A stretch of 32,000 nucleotides of DNA, from positions 1,652,180-1,684,179 of the forward strand of contig NZ_LT963434.1 in the NCBI RefSeq assembly GCF_900199515.1, in the 5' to 3' direction. The translations under genes and the position numbers were made by a program. Source of the stretch: Massilicoli timonensis. Its GTDB lineage: Bacteria; Bacillota_I; Bacilli_A; Erysipelotrichales; Erysipelotrichaceae. Within the stretch, counting starts at the first letter, position 1, and every line of letters begins with the position of its first letter. The notes under the pieces are model-generated. The model ran no database searches. It saw nothing but the letters and a program-made list of their open reading frames with translations, and was not told where the DNA came from. Shown piece by piece: positions 8,546 to 15,823 of this stretch.

Positions 8546-9361
8546 CCACGGCCTGCGCCGGAAGTTGATCCCGGAATTTTTAATCAGCGGCGATCTTTTG
8601 AACAGCCTTTTCAGGGTCGTCCTTTCCTCGTCTGTGAGCCGCTTGTATTTTAGCTGGAACGCCTTGCAGAAGATTTCCAGAAATTCCTGCACCCTATCCC
8701 CAGTGGATTGCATGGCCTTTCGGACTTCTCTTATCAGTTCATCGGCGGGCGTGGTATCCGGCGCACTCTCCATGTCGTTCTCATGGGCTTTGCGTATATC
8801 GTGAAGGATAGCGTCCCATGTTTTGTGTGTCACATGGCAGAAAAAATCTTCTTCCTCTATCTGACCGGCTTCCAGAATTTTCAAGGAACGGTCTGCGGCA
8901 GCTTCAGGATGTTCTTCCAGTATCATTGCCCGGACAGCGGCCAGCGCACTGTTGATGTCATGGAACCGCATGGTGGCCATTCCGTCCACATAGATTTCTG
9001 CGTCAGCCATCAGCTCCGCAAATTTTTCGTGGGACATCATCTCGCAGAGCAGCCGGGTATTGATCCGTCCGCTTTTCAGAAGCGCCACGGCTTTATCGGT
9101 CAAATGCAATTCAGACAGCGGGGTGTTGATCTGCTCCCGGTTTTCTGTCCGGCAGAACAGATAGTCAATGGACACCTCATAAAAGTCTGCCAGCGTGATA
9201 AGATTGCCGTGATTGATTTCCTTATTTCGGTTTTCTTCATTTTCATAGCTGGCTAAAGCAGATTTTGAAATGCCGGTCTTTTCCGCCAGTTCTTCCAGCT
9301 TCAAGCCCTTTTCCACCCGTAAATCTTTCAAGCGTTCCTGCAAAGAAACATGGTCTTTCAT
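8540..9361 (-). CDS. XRE-family HTH transcriptional regulator with long C-terminal domain (only minus-strand gene in the window)
   Basis: The N-terminus LQERLKDLRVEKGLKLEELAEKTGISKSALASYENEENRNKEINHGNLITLADFYEVSIDYLF is a classic HTH_3. It is 273 aa in total. Confidence 0.8.
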   Translation of the reverse strand: MKDHVSLQERLKDLRVEKGLKLEELAEKTGISKSALASYENEENRNKEINHGNLITLADFYEVSIDYLFCRTENREQINTPLSELHLTDKAVALLKSGRINTRLLCEMMSHEKFAELMADAEIYVDGMATMRFHDINSALAAVRAMILEEHPEAAADRSLKILEAGQIEEEDFFCHVTHKTWDAILHDIRKAHENDMESAPDTTPADELIREVRKAMQSTGDRVQEFLEIFCKAFQLKYKRLTDEERTTLKRLFKRSPLIKNSGINFRRRPWK

Positions 9362-9406
9362 CGGCTTGCCACTCCCTTCCCATGTGGGTTTCGAGCATAT
9401 ATAACC

Positions 9407-9415
9407 ATTATACCA
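9407..9415 (-). promoter_or_regulatory. Extended -10 promoter element for the minus-strand regulator
   Basis: The minus strand reads TGGTATAAT (complement of 9407-9415), about 45 nt upstream of the ATG at 9361. No convincing -35. Confidence 0.5.
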
Positions 9416-9893
9416 TACCGTTCCGAAATCGTGGAAATTTTCGATTTTGGGGCGGTATTCCTACTTTCTGGACATACGGGAAAGGGTTCAAAAATGAGCT
9501 ATGATGTAGTCAGTTCATCGATGGATTATTCCAATCGAATGACCGGCCTGATGGGATATGCTCCCCGGCGATGTAGCGCAACGACCTGCGGCAAGGAGTT
9601 GGAGGAACCTTAACCGCAGCGAGCGTACCAACGGGAACGAAACGCTGCTGTGAGATTCAGGGGCAGGAACGACATCAGGGAAACCCGGCAGAACTGACAC
9701 CAAAACGCTACCCAAACATGACAAAATGGCGGGGCGTATTCTGCCCTGTCCGTGATACTATGGGGCTTTTTAGGGCGGCTCTATGGCCGTATTTTCCTTG
9801 AAAATCGCCCCGAAACATGACACCAGAAACCGCTATCCGCCCATCTCTACCGTTACGGCTGAAATGGGCAGATTTTCTATGATAGGAGGCACC

Positions 9894-10079
9894 ATGCCGA
9901 GAATGAGCAAGAAACGGAAGTTGGAGCTGTCCTTCTTCCTCAATGACCGGGGGCGTGTGGCCTACAACGACCTGTGCCGGAAGTGTCAGCATGAGTGTAA
10001 ACAGAGCTTCCGGGCTGTCGTGATCGACTGCCCCCATTACCTGTCCAAACGAGCCAAGCGAAAGGAGAAAACCGACTAA
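9894..10079 (+). CDS. Small cysteine-rich basic protein (C-x2-C-x3-C-x11-C), probable zinc-binding DNA-binding/accessory protein
   Basis: TAGGAGG at 9883-9889 precedes ATG 9894. The 61-aa product is MPRMSKKRKLELSFFLNDRGRVAYNDLCRKCQHECKQSFRAVVIDCPHY. It resembles the small Cys-rich proteins that open mobilization operons in Clostridial elements (recollection). Confidence 0.55.
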   Translation: MPRMSKKRKLELSFFLNDRGRVAYNDLCRKCQHECKQSFRAVVIDCPHYLSKRAKRKEKTD

Positions 10080-10421
10080 ATGGATTTTGAATATATGACC
10101 GCAGACACCGTTCTGCCACCCTGTATGCCACTTCCCACCGCCATGCTGCGGCTGCCGGTCAGCAGCACCGCAAAGGTCATGTATGCCCGCCTGCTGGACG
10201 CCACCCTTGCGGGAGGTGCGGAGGATACCAACGGGATACTGTTTGTCCGTTTCCCCATTGTGGAGCTGGCAGCGGCCTTGTCCCGCAGCTCCGTGACCGT
10301 CAAGCGTTCCCTGAAAGAATTGGAGGACGCCGGACTGATCCTGCGGGTGCGCCGGGGCGTGGGAGAACCGAACCGCATTTACACGCTGCTTCCCAAAAAG
10401 GAGGATGACCGTGATGAATGA
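10080..10421 (+). CDS. Winged-helix DNA-binding protein (replication-initiator-N-terminal/DnaD-like HTH)
   Basis: The ATG sits directly after the previous stop. AKVMYARLLD...FPIVELAAALSRSSVTVKRSLKELEDAGLILRVRRG is a typical wHTH pattern. Confidence 0.55.
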   Translation: MDFEYMTADTVLPPCMPLPTAMLRLPVSSTAKVMYARLLDATLAGGAEDTNGILFVRFPIVELAAALSRSSVTVKRSLKELEDAGLILRVRRGVGEPNRIYTLLPKKEDDRDE

Positions 10422-10713
10422 AAAGCTGGAAAAGCTCAACCAGCAGATTGCCCAAGGCGAAGCCAAACTGCGGCGGGCGCAGCACGAAGAAAAGATACTG
10501 GCACACCAGATAAAGCAGCTTACCCGGAAGGAACGGACGCACCGGCTCTGCACCAGAGGGGCTATGCTGGAAAGTTTCCTGATAAGACCGGAAGTGCTGA
10601 CGGACGATGATGTGATGGACATTCTGAAACAGGCATTTTCCCAAACTGGTATGAAGGAAGCTGTTGCGGAAAGCGTGAAAGGTCGGGTAGCTGGGAAACC
10701 TCTTACGGAGTAA
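10414..10713 (+). CDS. DUF3847-like coiled-coil protein (relaxase accessory candidate)
   Basis: MNEKLEKLNQQIAQGEAKLRRAQHEEKILAHQIKQLTRKERTHRLCTRGAMLESFL matches my memory of DUF3847, which usually precedes MobA/MobL relaxases. ATG 10414 is preferred because AAAGGAGG ends at 10404. Confidence 0.6.
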   Translation: MNEKLEKLNQQIAQGEAKLRRAQHEEKILAHQIKQLTRKERTHRLCTRGAMLESFLIRPEVLTDDDVMDILKQAFSQTGMKEAVAESVKGRVAGKPLTE

Positions 10714-10755
10714 GGGCGCAACTATACACCGGTCGAGCCGGTGCGTTGCGCCCTG
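10714..10755 (+). promoter_or_regulatory. Candidate oriT of the nested element (compound inverted repeat ending in TGCGCCCTG)
   Basis: gggcgcaac (10714-10722) pairs perfectly with gttgcgccc (10745-10753). The inner stem is caccgg (10727-10732) with ccggtg (10738-10743). The 3' arm plus flank reads GTTGCGCCCTG, close to the GTGCGCCCT nic core I recall for MOBQ (RSF1010/R1162-type) oriTs. Confidence 0.45.
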
Positions 10756-10957
10756 CCGGGGGCTTCCTGCGGAAAGCGGATAATTGCCAGCACACTTGCG
10801 GCTGCTTCCAATCATCACAGGGGACGCTGCGCTTCCCCTGCGCTAGCTGCCGCCAGCTACCCCTTTATGGACTTGCCGTCCGGGAACACCTTGCACTACA
10901 AGCTGTTCCTGTCCGACAAGTTCTATAATTTTATGACGGGCAAAATGGAAAGTATGC

Positions 10958-10985
10958 TTGACATTTCAAACAGCTGTGCTATACT
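10958..10985 (+). promoter_or_regulatory. Strong sigma-A-type promoter for the HTH/membrane-protein cassette
   Basis: TTGACA (10958-10963), a 16-nt spacer, then TATACT (10980-10985) preceded by TGc (extended -10). It lies 43 nt upstream of ATG 11028. Confidence 0.65.
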
Positions 10986-11027
10986 AAGAACACGGAAAGC
11001 AGACTTTCCATTAGGAAGGAGGCTCGC

Positions 11028-11225
11028 ATGAAAAATCGACTGGAAGAACTCCGCAAACAACGAGGAATCAAGCAAGAAGAATTGGCAAATGTCTTGGAAG
11101 TATCACGACAAACAATTGGCTCTTTAGAAAATGGACGCTACAATCCGTCTATTCAGTTGGCGTTCAAAATTGCTCGATACTTCAATATGACGATTGAGGA
11201 GATTTTTATTTACGAGGAGGATTGA
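11028..11225 (+). CDS. Small XRE-family HTH regulator (65 aa)
   Basis: AGGAAGGAGG RBS. MKNRLEELRKQRGIKQEELANVLEVSRQTIGSLENGRYNPSIQLAFKIARYFNMTIEEIF is the canonical short HTH_3 protein that pairs with a downstream membrane protein in Firmicutes. Confidence 0.85.
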   Translation: MKNRLEELRKQRGIKQEELANVLEVSRQTIGSLENGRYNPSIQLAFKIARYFNMTIEEIFIYEED

Positions 11226-11227
11226 TT

Positions 11228-11644
11228 ATGAAAAAAGGGTTATTGATTTTAATGGTAGTTGCTGGAATGATTATTTTGCTGGGAGGATTGCTAACATACG
11301 GTTTGGGAATAAATGAGATCGTTCCTGTGCCGCGTCCTGACTTGATCGTAGTAGGCACATCCCTCATTGGAATTTCACTAATTGTATCTGGTGCGTGCGA
11401 TTTGCTTGGCAAGAAAACCAAGGAAATGCAAATAGAAGAAAATGATGAGAGAAATATAGCACTCGGCAATGCCGCTATGGCAAGTGGCTTCAAAGTAATG
11501 AATGTCACGATTTCTGTTTCCCTCTTTGCTTTGATTTTTACTGGATATATGACAGTAGTTCCTTGTTTCACTATTATTGGAGCCTTTGCGATTGGTCAAC
11601 TGGCCTTTATTGTGCGACTCTGGCATTTGCACAAAACCATGTAA
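11228..11644 (+). CDS. Four-TM membrane protein (DUF2178-like partner of the small HTH)
   Basis: GAGGAGGA lies 6 nt upstream of ATG 11228. There are four hydrophobic segments, with a charged loop KKTKEMQIEENDERNIALGN between TM2 and TM3. Confidence 0.7.
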   Translation: MKKGLLILMVVAGMIILLGGLLTYGLGINEIVPVPRPDLIVVGTSLIGISLIVSGACDLLGKKTKEMQIEENDERNIALGNAAMASGFKVMNVTISVSLFALIFTGYMTVVPCFTIIGAFAIGQLAFIVRLWHLHKTM

Positions 11645-11686
11645 ACATATTTTGAAATATCCGCCGCCCATCAGCGGTACCATCGA

Positions 11687-11720
11687 GCAGGAAATCAGAA
11701 ACGGTTTCCTGCTTTTCTTA
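11687..11720 (+). terminator. Rho-independent terminator after the HTH/membrane cassette
   Basis: The stem gcaggaaa (11687-11694) pairs with tttcctgc (11705-11712). It is followed by ttttctta. Confidence 0.65.
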
Positions 11721-11783
11721 TGCTCAAAATGAGGTGGCAAAGCACCACCCCATCCAATCAGTCATAGAAAGGAGGAAGCCGTT

Positions 11784-13373
11784 ATGCCCTGTCCCCACCA
11801 TGATATAAAAATTGTCCAGCGCAGCAACCGCCAGTCAGCCGTAGCCGCCGCAGCTTACCAGAGCGGCGAACGGCTGTTTTCCGAGTACGACCAGAAGCAG
11901 AAATACTATTCCGAGAAACGAGGGATCGTCCACACAGAAATCATGCTGCCGCCCCACGCCCCGCCGGAGTACGCAGACCGCAACACATTGTGGAACGCCG
12001 CCGAAGCCATAGAAAAACAATGGAACTCCCAGCTTGCCCGGAGGATCGTGCTTGCCATACCGAGGGAAATTCCCCCGGAAAAACACGCCGACCTGATTCG
12101 GGATTATTGCCGGGAGTTTTTCGTTTCCAAAGGCATGATTGCCGATTTTGCCATTCACGATAAGGGGGACGGGAATCCCCACGCCCACATCCTGCTGACC
12201 ATGCGGGCAATGGACGAAATCGGGAAATGGCTTCCCAAGAGCCGGAAGGTTTATGACCTTGACGAGAACGGCGAGCGTATCCGGCTCCCGTCCGGAAACT
12301 GGAAAAGCCACAAGGAGGACACCGTAGACTGGAACGACCAGAAGTATGGCGAGATATGGCGGCAGGGCTGGGCGGCTGTCGCTAACCGCTATCTGGAAGC
12401 CAATGACCGCCCGGAGCGCCTTGACCTTCGTTCCTATGAACGGCAGGGGCTTGATAAAATCCCCACCGTCCACATGGGGCCAGCGGTCAGCCAGATGGAG
12501 AAACGAGGGATACAGACCAACATCGGCAACCTGAACCGGGATATTACCGCCGCCAACCGGCTCATGCAGTCCATCCGTCAGATGGTGCGCCACCTGAAAG
12601 GCTGGATTGCAGACCTGAAGGAGAAAAAGGCCGCCCTGCTGGAAGCCTTGCAGGAAGCGAAGGAACCCACCCTGCCGGAACTGCTGGGCAAATATCTGGA
12701 TTTGCGTCGGGAGGAACGCACTGGCTGGACAAGCAAAGGCCAGCTCAAAGGCACTGTGAACGACTTCAACAAGGTTATGGACGCTATCCGCTATCTGCGG
12801 GAAAAGGAGCTGTCCACCGTGGAGAGTTTGGATGCCTATCTGGATACCGTCAGCGGGCAGGCCGTTTCCATCCGGGCGGAGATGAAGCCGAAGGAAAAGC
12901 GCATGAAGGAGATCGACACCCTGCTTTCCCATATCGCCAACTTTGAAGCCCATAAGCCGGTTCATGCGGAATATGCCGCCATCCGGTTTAAGAAGCCAAA
13001 GGAACAGTTTGCCGCCGCCCATCGGGACGAGCTGGACGCCTACAATGCCGCTGTCCGCTATTTCAAGGTGCATTTGGAGGGAACCAAGTATAGCACCAAA
13101 AAGCTGAACGAGGAACGGACGCAGCTTGCCGGAGAGGTGGCCGAGTACGGGGAACGCCTGTCAGCGGTGCAGGAGGATGTGAAAATTCTCCGGGATGTGC
13201 GCCACTGGCTTAATCAGGTGCTTCCGTCCGAGCAGTACCGCCAGACTGCCGAGCCGGGCAAGAAACCGTCTATCCAGCAGGCAGTCAAAGGCCGGGCGCA
13301 GCGTATCCGGGAGGAACAGGCCGAGAAACGCCAGCAGCCCCGCACAGAGAAAAAACAGGATATGGAACTTTAA
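11784..13373 (+). CDS. MobA/MobL-family (MOBQ-type) relaxase
   Basis: AAAGGAGGA RBS. The N-terminus has IVQRSNRQSAVAAAAYQSGERL (catalytic Tyr codon 11856-11858) and the His motif DGNPHAHILLTMR. The C-terminal half is a long coiled coil. Confidence 0.9.
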   Translation: MPCPHHDIKIVQRSNRQSAVAAAAYQSGERLFSEYDQKQKYYSEKRGIVHTEIMLPPHAPPEYADRNTLWNAAEAIEKQWNSQLARRIVLAIPREIPPEKHADLIRDYCREFFVSKGMIADFAIHDKGDGNPHAHILLTMRAMDEIGKWLPKSRKVYDLDENGERIRLPSGNWKSHKEDTVDWNDQKYGEIWRQGWAAVANRYLEANDRPERLDLRSYERQGLDKIPTVHMGPAVSQMEKRGIQTNIGNLNRDITAANRLMQSIRQMVRHLKGWIADLKEKKAALLEALQEAKEPTLPELLGKYLDLRREERTGWTSKGQLKGTVNDFNKVMDAIRYLREKELSTVESLDAYLDTVSGQAVSIRAEMKPKEKRMKEIDTLLSHIANFEAHKPVHAEYAAIRFKKPKEQFAAAHRDELDAYNAAVRYFKVHLEGTKYSTKKLNEERTQLAGEVAEYGERLSAVQEDVKILRDVRHWLNQVLPSEQYRQTAEPGKKPSIQQAVKGRAQRIREEQAEKRQQPRTEKKQDMEL

Positions 13374-13436
13374 CAGGCGCTTGCCATTTTCTTTTTGAGA
13401 ATGACAGGCGCTTTTCTTATTTTCAGGAGGATTTAG

Positions 13437-14072
13437 TTGAATGTATTTGAAGCTGTCAAGCAGTCTGTTACCACCCGGCAGGCTGCCGAGCATTTCGGAA
13501 TCCGGGTGGGACGGAACGGGATGTGCGTCTGTCCCTTCCATGCCGACAATAACCCAAGTATGAAGGTTGACCGGCGCTTTCACTGTTTCGGCTGTCAGGC
13601 CGACGGGGATGTAATCGACTTTGTTTCCCGTCTGGAAGCTGTCAGCCCCAAGGAAGCTGCCCTTATGCTGGCGCAGGCGTTTTCCATCCCCTATGAGGAC
13701 AAGGAGCCGCCCCGCCACAGGAAGCCCCGGCAGGAACCCCCGGAACAGCGGTTCCGCCGTATGGAACGGTACTGCTTCCGGGTGCTATGCGACTATCGAA
13801 ACCTGCTGCGCCGCTGGAAACGGGACTATGCCCCCAACACACCAGACGAGGATTTCCACCCTTTGTTTGTGGAAGCCCTGCAAAAGCAGGACTATGTGGA
13901 CTATCTGCTGGATGTGCTTCTCTCCCCTGACATGGAGGAACGGGCAGCCTTTATCATCGACTGTGGAAAGGAAGTGAGCAATCTTGAAAGACGAATGGCA
14001 GAGCTTGCCGCCGGAGATACGGCAGGCCGCAGAACAGACCATGCAAGAAGCACCGCCGCCCCGGAGCGTTGA
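13437..14072 (+). CDS. CHC2 zinc-finger (DnaG-primase N-terminal-like) protein
   Basis: AGGAGGA at 13425-13431, then TTG 13437. CVCPFHADNNPSMKVDRRFHCFGCQADGDVIDFV is the CHC2 zinc-finger signature. No TOPRIM domain is evident in the 211 aa. Confidence 0.8.
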   Translation: MNVFEAVKQSVTTRQAAEHFGIRVGRNGMCVCPFHADNNPSMKVDRRFHCFGCQADGDVIDFVSRLEAVSPKEAALMLAQAFSIPYEDKEPPRHRKPRQEPPEQRFRRMERYCFRVLCDYRNLLRRWKRDYAPNTPDEDFHPLFVEALQKQDYVDYLLDVLLSPDMEERAAFIIDCGKEVSNLERRMAELAAGDTAGRRTDHARSTAAPER

Positions 14073-14085
14073 GGAAGTCAAAGCC

Positions 14086-15378
14086 ATGCTGGAAAGCACC
14101 GAGAAAGGGGGCGTCCGCAACAGTATCCGAAACTGCCTGACCGTCTTTCAGAATGATCCGCTGCTTTCCGGGGCAATCGCCAAAAACCTCTTGACCGAGC
14201 GCACCGACATCATCAAGCCCATCGGCTACCACCGTACCGGCACCGCCATCACGGACACGGATATGAATTATCTGCTTCTGTATCTGGAAGAAACTTATGG
14301 GCTGACCAGCGAAAAGAAGATTGCCGCAGCCATCGGGATCGTTGCCAACGAAAACGGCTATCACCCCATCCGTGACTACCTGAACGGCCTTTCATGGGAC
14401 GGAACCGAGCGTATCCGTACCTGCCTGCACCACTTTTTAGGAGCCGACAGCGACCAGTACACCTATGAAGCCCTGCGGCTGTTCCTGCTGGGAGCCATCC
14501 ACCGGGCATTTCATCCCGGCTGCAAATTTGAAGTCATGCTTTGTCTGGTGGGCGGTCAGGGAGCCGGGAAATCCACCTTTTTCCGGCTGCTGGCCGTGAA
14601 AGACGAGTGGTTTTCCGATGACCTTCGCAAGCTGGACGATGACAATGTGTACCGCAAGCTGCAAGGCCACTGGATCATTGAGATGTCGGAGATGATCGCC
14701 ACCGCAAACGCCAAGAGCATTGAGGAAATCAAGTCTTTTTTGAGCCGACAGAAGGAGGTCTATAAAATCCCATACGAAACCCACCCGGAGGACAGGCTGC
14801 GGCAATGCGTGTTCGGCGGCACTTCCAATGCCCTGGACTTTCTGCCCCTTGACCGTTCCGGCAACCGGCGCTTTCTGCCGGTCATGGTGTACCCGGAACA
14901 GGCGGAAGTTCACATTTTGGACGATGAAGCCGCTTCCAGAGCCTACATGGAGCAGCTATGGGCGGAAGCCATGACCATTTACCGCAGCGGGGATTTTAAG
15001 CTGTCTTTCAGCCCCGAAATGGTGCGCTATCTCAAAGAACACCAGCGGGATTTCATGCCGGAGGACACCAAGGCTGGGATGATCCAAGCCTACCTTGACC
15101 GCTATACCGGCAGTATGGTGTGTTCCAAACAGCTTTTCCGGGAAGCCCTGAACCACCCCTTTGACGAGCCGAAACAATGGGAAATCCGGGAGGTCAACGA
15201 CATTATGAACCATTGTGTCACAGGCTGGCACTACTTTTCCAATCCCCGGATGTTCCCGGAATACGGCAGGCAGAAGGGCTGGGAGAGTGAAACCCCGGCA
15301 ACGGACACCAGCAACGGAGCCGAAAAAATCCCGGAGGGATTTGTGGAGGTCACAGAACAGATGGAGCTTCCTTTCTGA
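14086..15378 (+). CDS. VirE-family (virulence-associated protein E) P-loop NTPase, primase/helicase-associated
   Basis: Walker A is LVGGQGAGKSTFFRLL and Walker-B-like is HWIIEMSEM. The start is uncertain: the ORF opens at 13984, ATG 14041 is possible, and ATG 14086 is preferred because GAGGAAG lies 8 nt upstream. Confidence 0.8.
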   Translation: MLESTEKGGVRNSIRNCLTVFQNDPLLSGAIAKNLLTERTDIIKPIGYHRTGTAITDTDMNYLLLYLEETYGLTSEKKIAAAIGIVANENGYHPIRDYLNGLSWDGTERIRTCLHHFLGADSDQYTYEALRLFLLGAIHRAFHPGCKFEVMLCLVGGQGAGKSTFFRLLAVKDEWFSDDLRKLDDDNVYRKLQGHWIIEMSEMIATANAKSIEEIKSFLSRQKEVYKIPYETHPEDRLRQCVFGGTSNALDFLPLDRSGNRRFLPVMVYPEQAEVHILDDEAASRAYMEQLWAEAMTIYRSGDFKLSFSPEMVRYLKEHQRDFMPEDTKAGMIQAYLDRYTGSMVCSKQLFREALNHPFDEPKQWEIREVNDIMNHCVTGWHYFSNPRMFPEYGRQKGWESETPATDTSNGAEKIPEGFVEVTEQMELPF

Positions 15379-15390
15379 AAATCCTACCCC

Positions 15391-15595
15391 GTTGCCGACT
15401 TTGTTGCACGCCTGTTGCCGGGCTGGTTGCCGGGGAAAGCCCCGTAACTGCAGGCTTTTCCCCCTATCAGCAACCAAAGCAACAGAAAAATAAAAGAAAA
15501 TATAAATTGTAACCAAACCGCCAGACAGAGAAGGTTTTGAGGTTTTTTGAAGCCCGTTGCCGGACTTCGTTGCCGACCTTCTCCTTGTCTGGCTA
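15391..15595 (+). repeat. Iteron cluster + AT-rich tract + long inverted repeat (origin-of-replication-like region)
   Basis: GTTGCCG occurs at 15391, 15414, 15426, 15556 and 15569, with the variant GTTGCAC at 15403. Spacing in the first block is 11-12 bp. Inverted GCAAC lies at 15470 and 15479. The A/T-rich tract is about 15484-15515. The inverted repeat is gccagacagagaaggt (15520-15535) against accttctccttgtctggc (15576-15593). Confidence 0.6.
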
Positions 15596-15619
15596 TTCTA
15601 TTATGGAGGATAACTGCCT

Positions 15620-15817
15620 ATGGCAAAAACGAAAACAGAGATTCATGTTACCACAGTTTTTGACGGCGAGCTGGACGCAGCGGATGTCTTTGTGAGCCTG
15701 ATTGCCCAAAAATATGGGCAGAATACCGGTAAGGAAAATCTTGCGAAAACGCAAGATTTAGGATATAATAAAGACGAGGTTCAGAAGAACCGTGTTCCGT
15801 CTGGATTGTGCGGGTAA
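15620..15817 (+). CDS. Small hypothetical protein upstream of the serine recombinase (possible recombination directionality factor)
   Basis: GGAGGA lies 9 nt upstream of ATG 15620. The ORF is 65 codons and ends 6 nt before the recombinase start. No family recognised. Confidence 0.45.
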   Translation: MAKTKTEIHVTTVFDGELDAADVFVSLIAQKYGQNTGKENLAKTQDLGYNKDEVQKNRVPSGLCG

Positions 15818-15823
15818 ACGGTT

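Noticed and set aside
9350-9613. 87-aa + strand ORF in the regulator/mobilization intergenic region
   Set aside because: It has no RBS, overlaps the regulator start and promoter, and has no recognisable motif.
9708-10721. 337-aa ORF on the minus strand
   Set aside because: It is antisense to three + strand genes that have good RBSs, coupled stops/starts and recognisable folds (Cys-rich, wHTH, DUF3847-like). Its product is Arg/Ser/Cys-rich with no motif. This is a typical shadow ORF in GC-rich coding DNA.
10741-11031. Overlapping + strand ORFs (96 aa and 60 aa) in the gap after the DUF3847-like gene
   Set aside because: They have no RBS and an Ala/Cys/Arg-rich product. They run through the hairpin region and the TTGACA/TATACT promoter. 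The region is better explained as non-coding (oriT/promoter).
11835-13073. 412-aa ORF on the minus strand
   Set aside because: It lies entirely antisense to the MobA/MobL relaxase, whose catalytic motifs are unambiguous on the + strand.
770-14072. Many proteins end in similar residues (..APEI, ..GPEL, ..GPER, ..AAPER, ..DMEL, ..DMQI), considered as part of a C-terminal signal
   Set aside because: These endings coincide with GGAG/GGAGG Shine-Dalgarno sequences for the overlapping downstream gene. For example, CCGGAGCGTTGA occurs at both 3794-3805 and 14061-14072. They are better explained by translational-coupling constraints. Only the upstream [RK]PS-aliphatic motif is retained as a finding.
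13984-14085. Upstream extension of the VirE-family ORF overlapping the CHC2 gene by 89 nt
   Set aside because: There is no RBS before 13984 or 14041. ATG 14086 has GAGGAAG at suitable spacing and gives minimal overlap. The start remains uncertain.
15391-15575. GTTGCCG repeat cluster considered as a CRISPR-like or minisatellite array
   Set aside because: The repeat unit is only 7 bp with 11-13 bp periodicity and no spacer-like unique segments of CRISPR size. An iteron-type protein-binding array is the better explanation.
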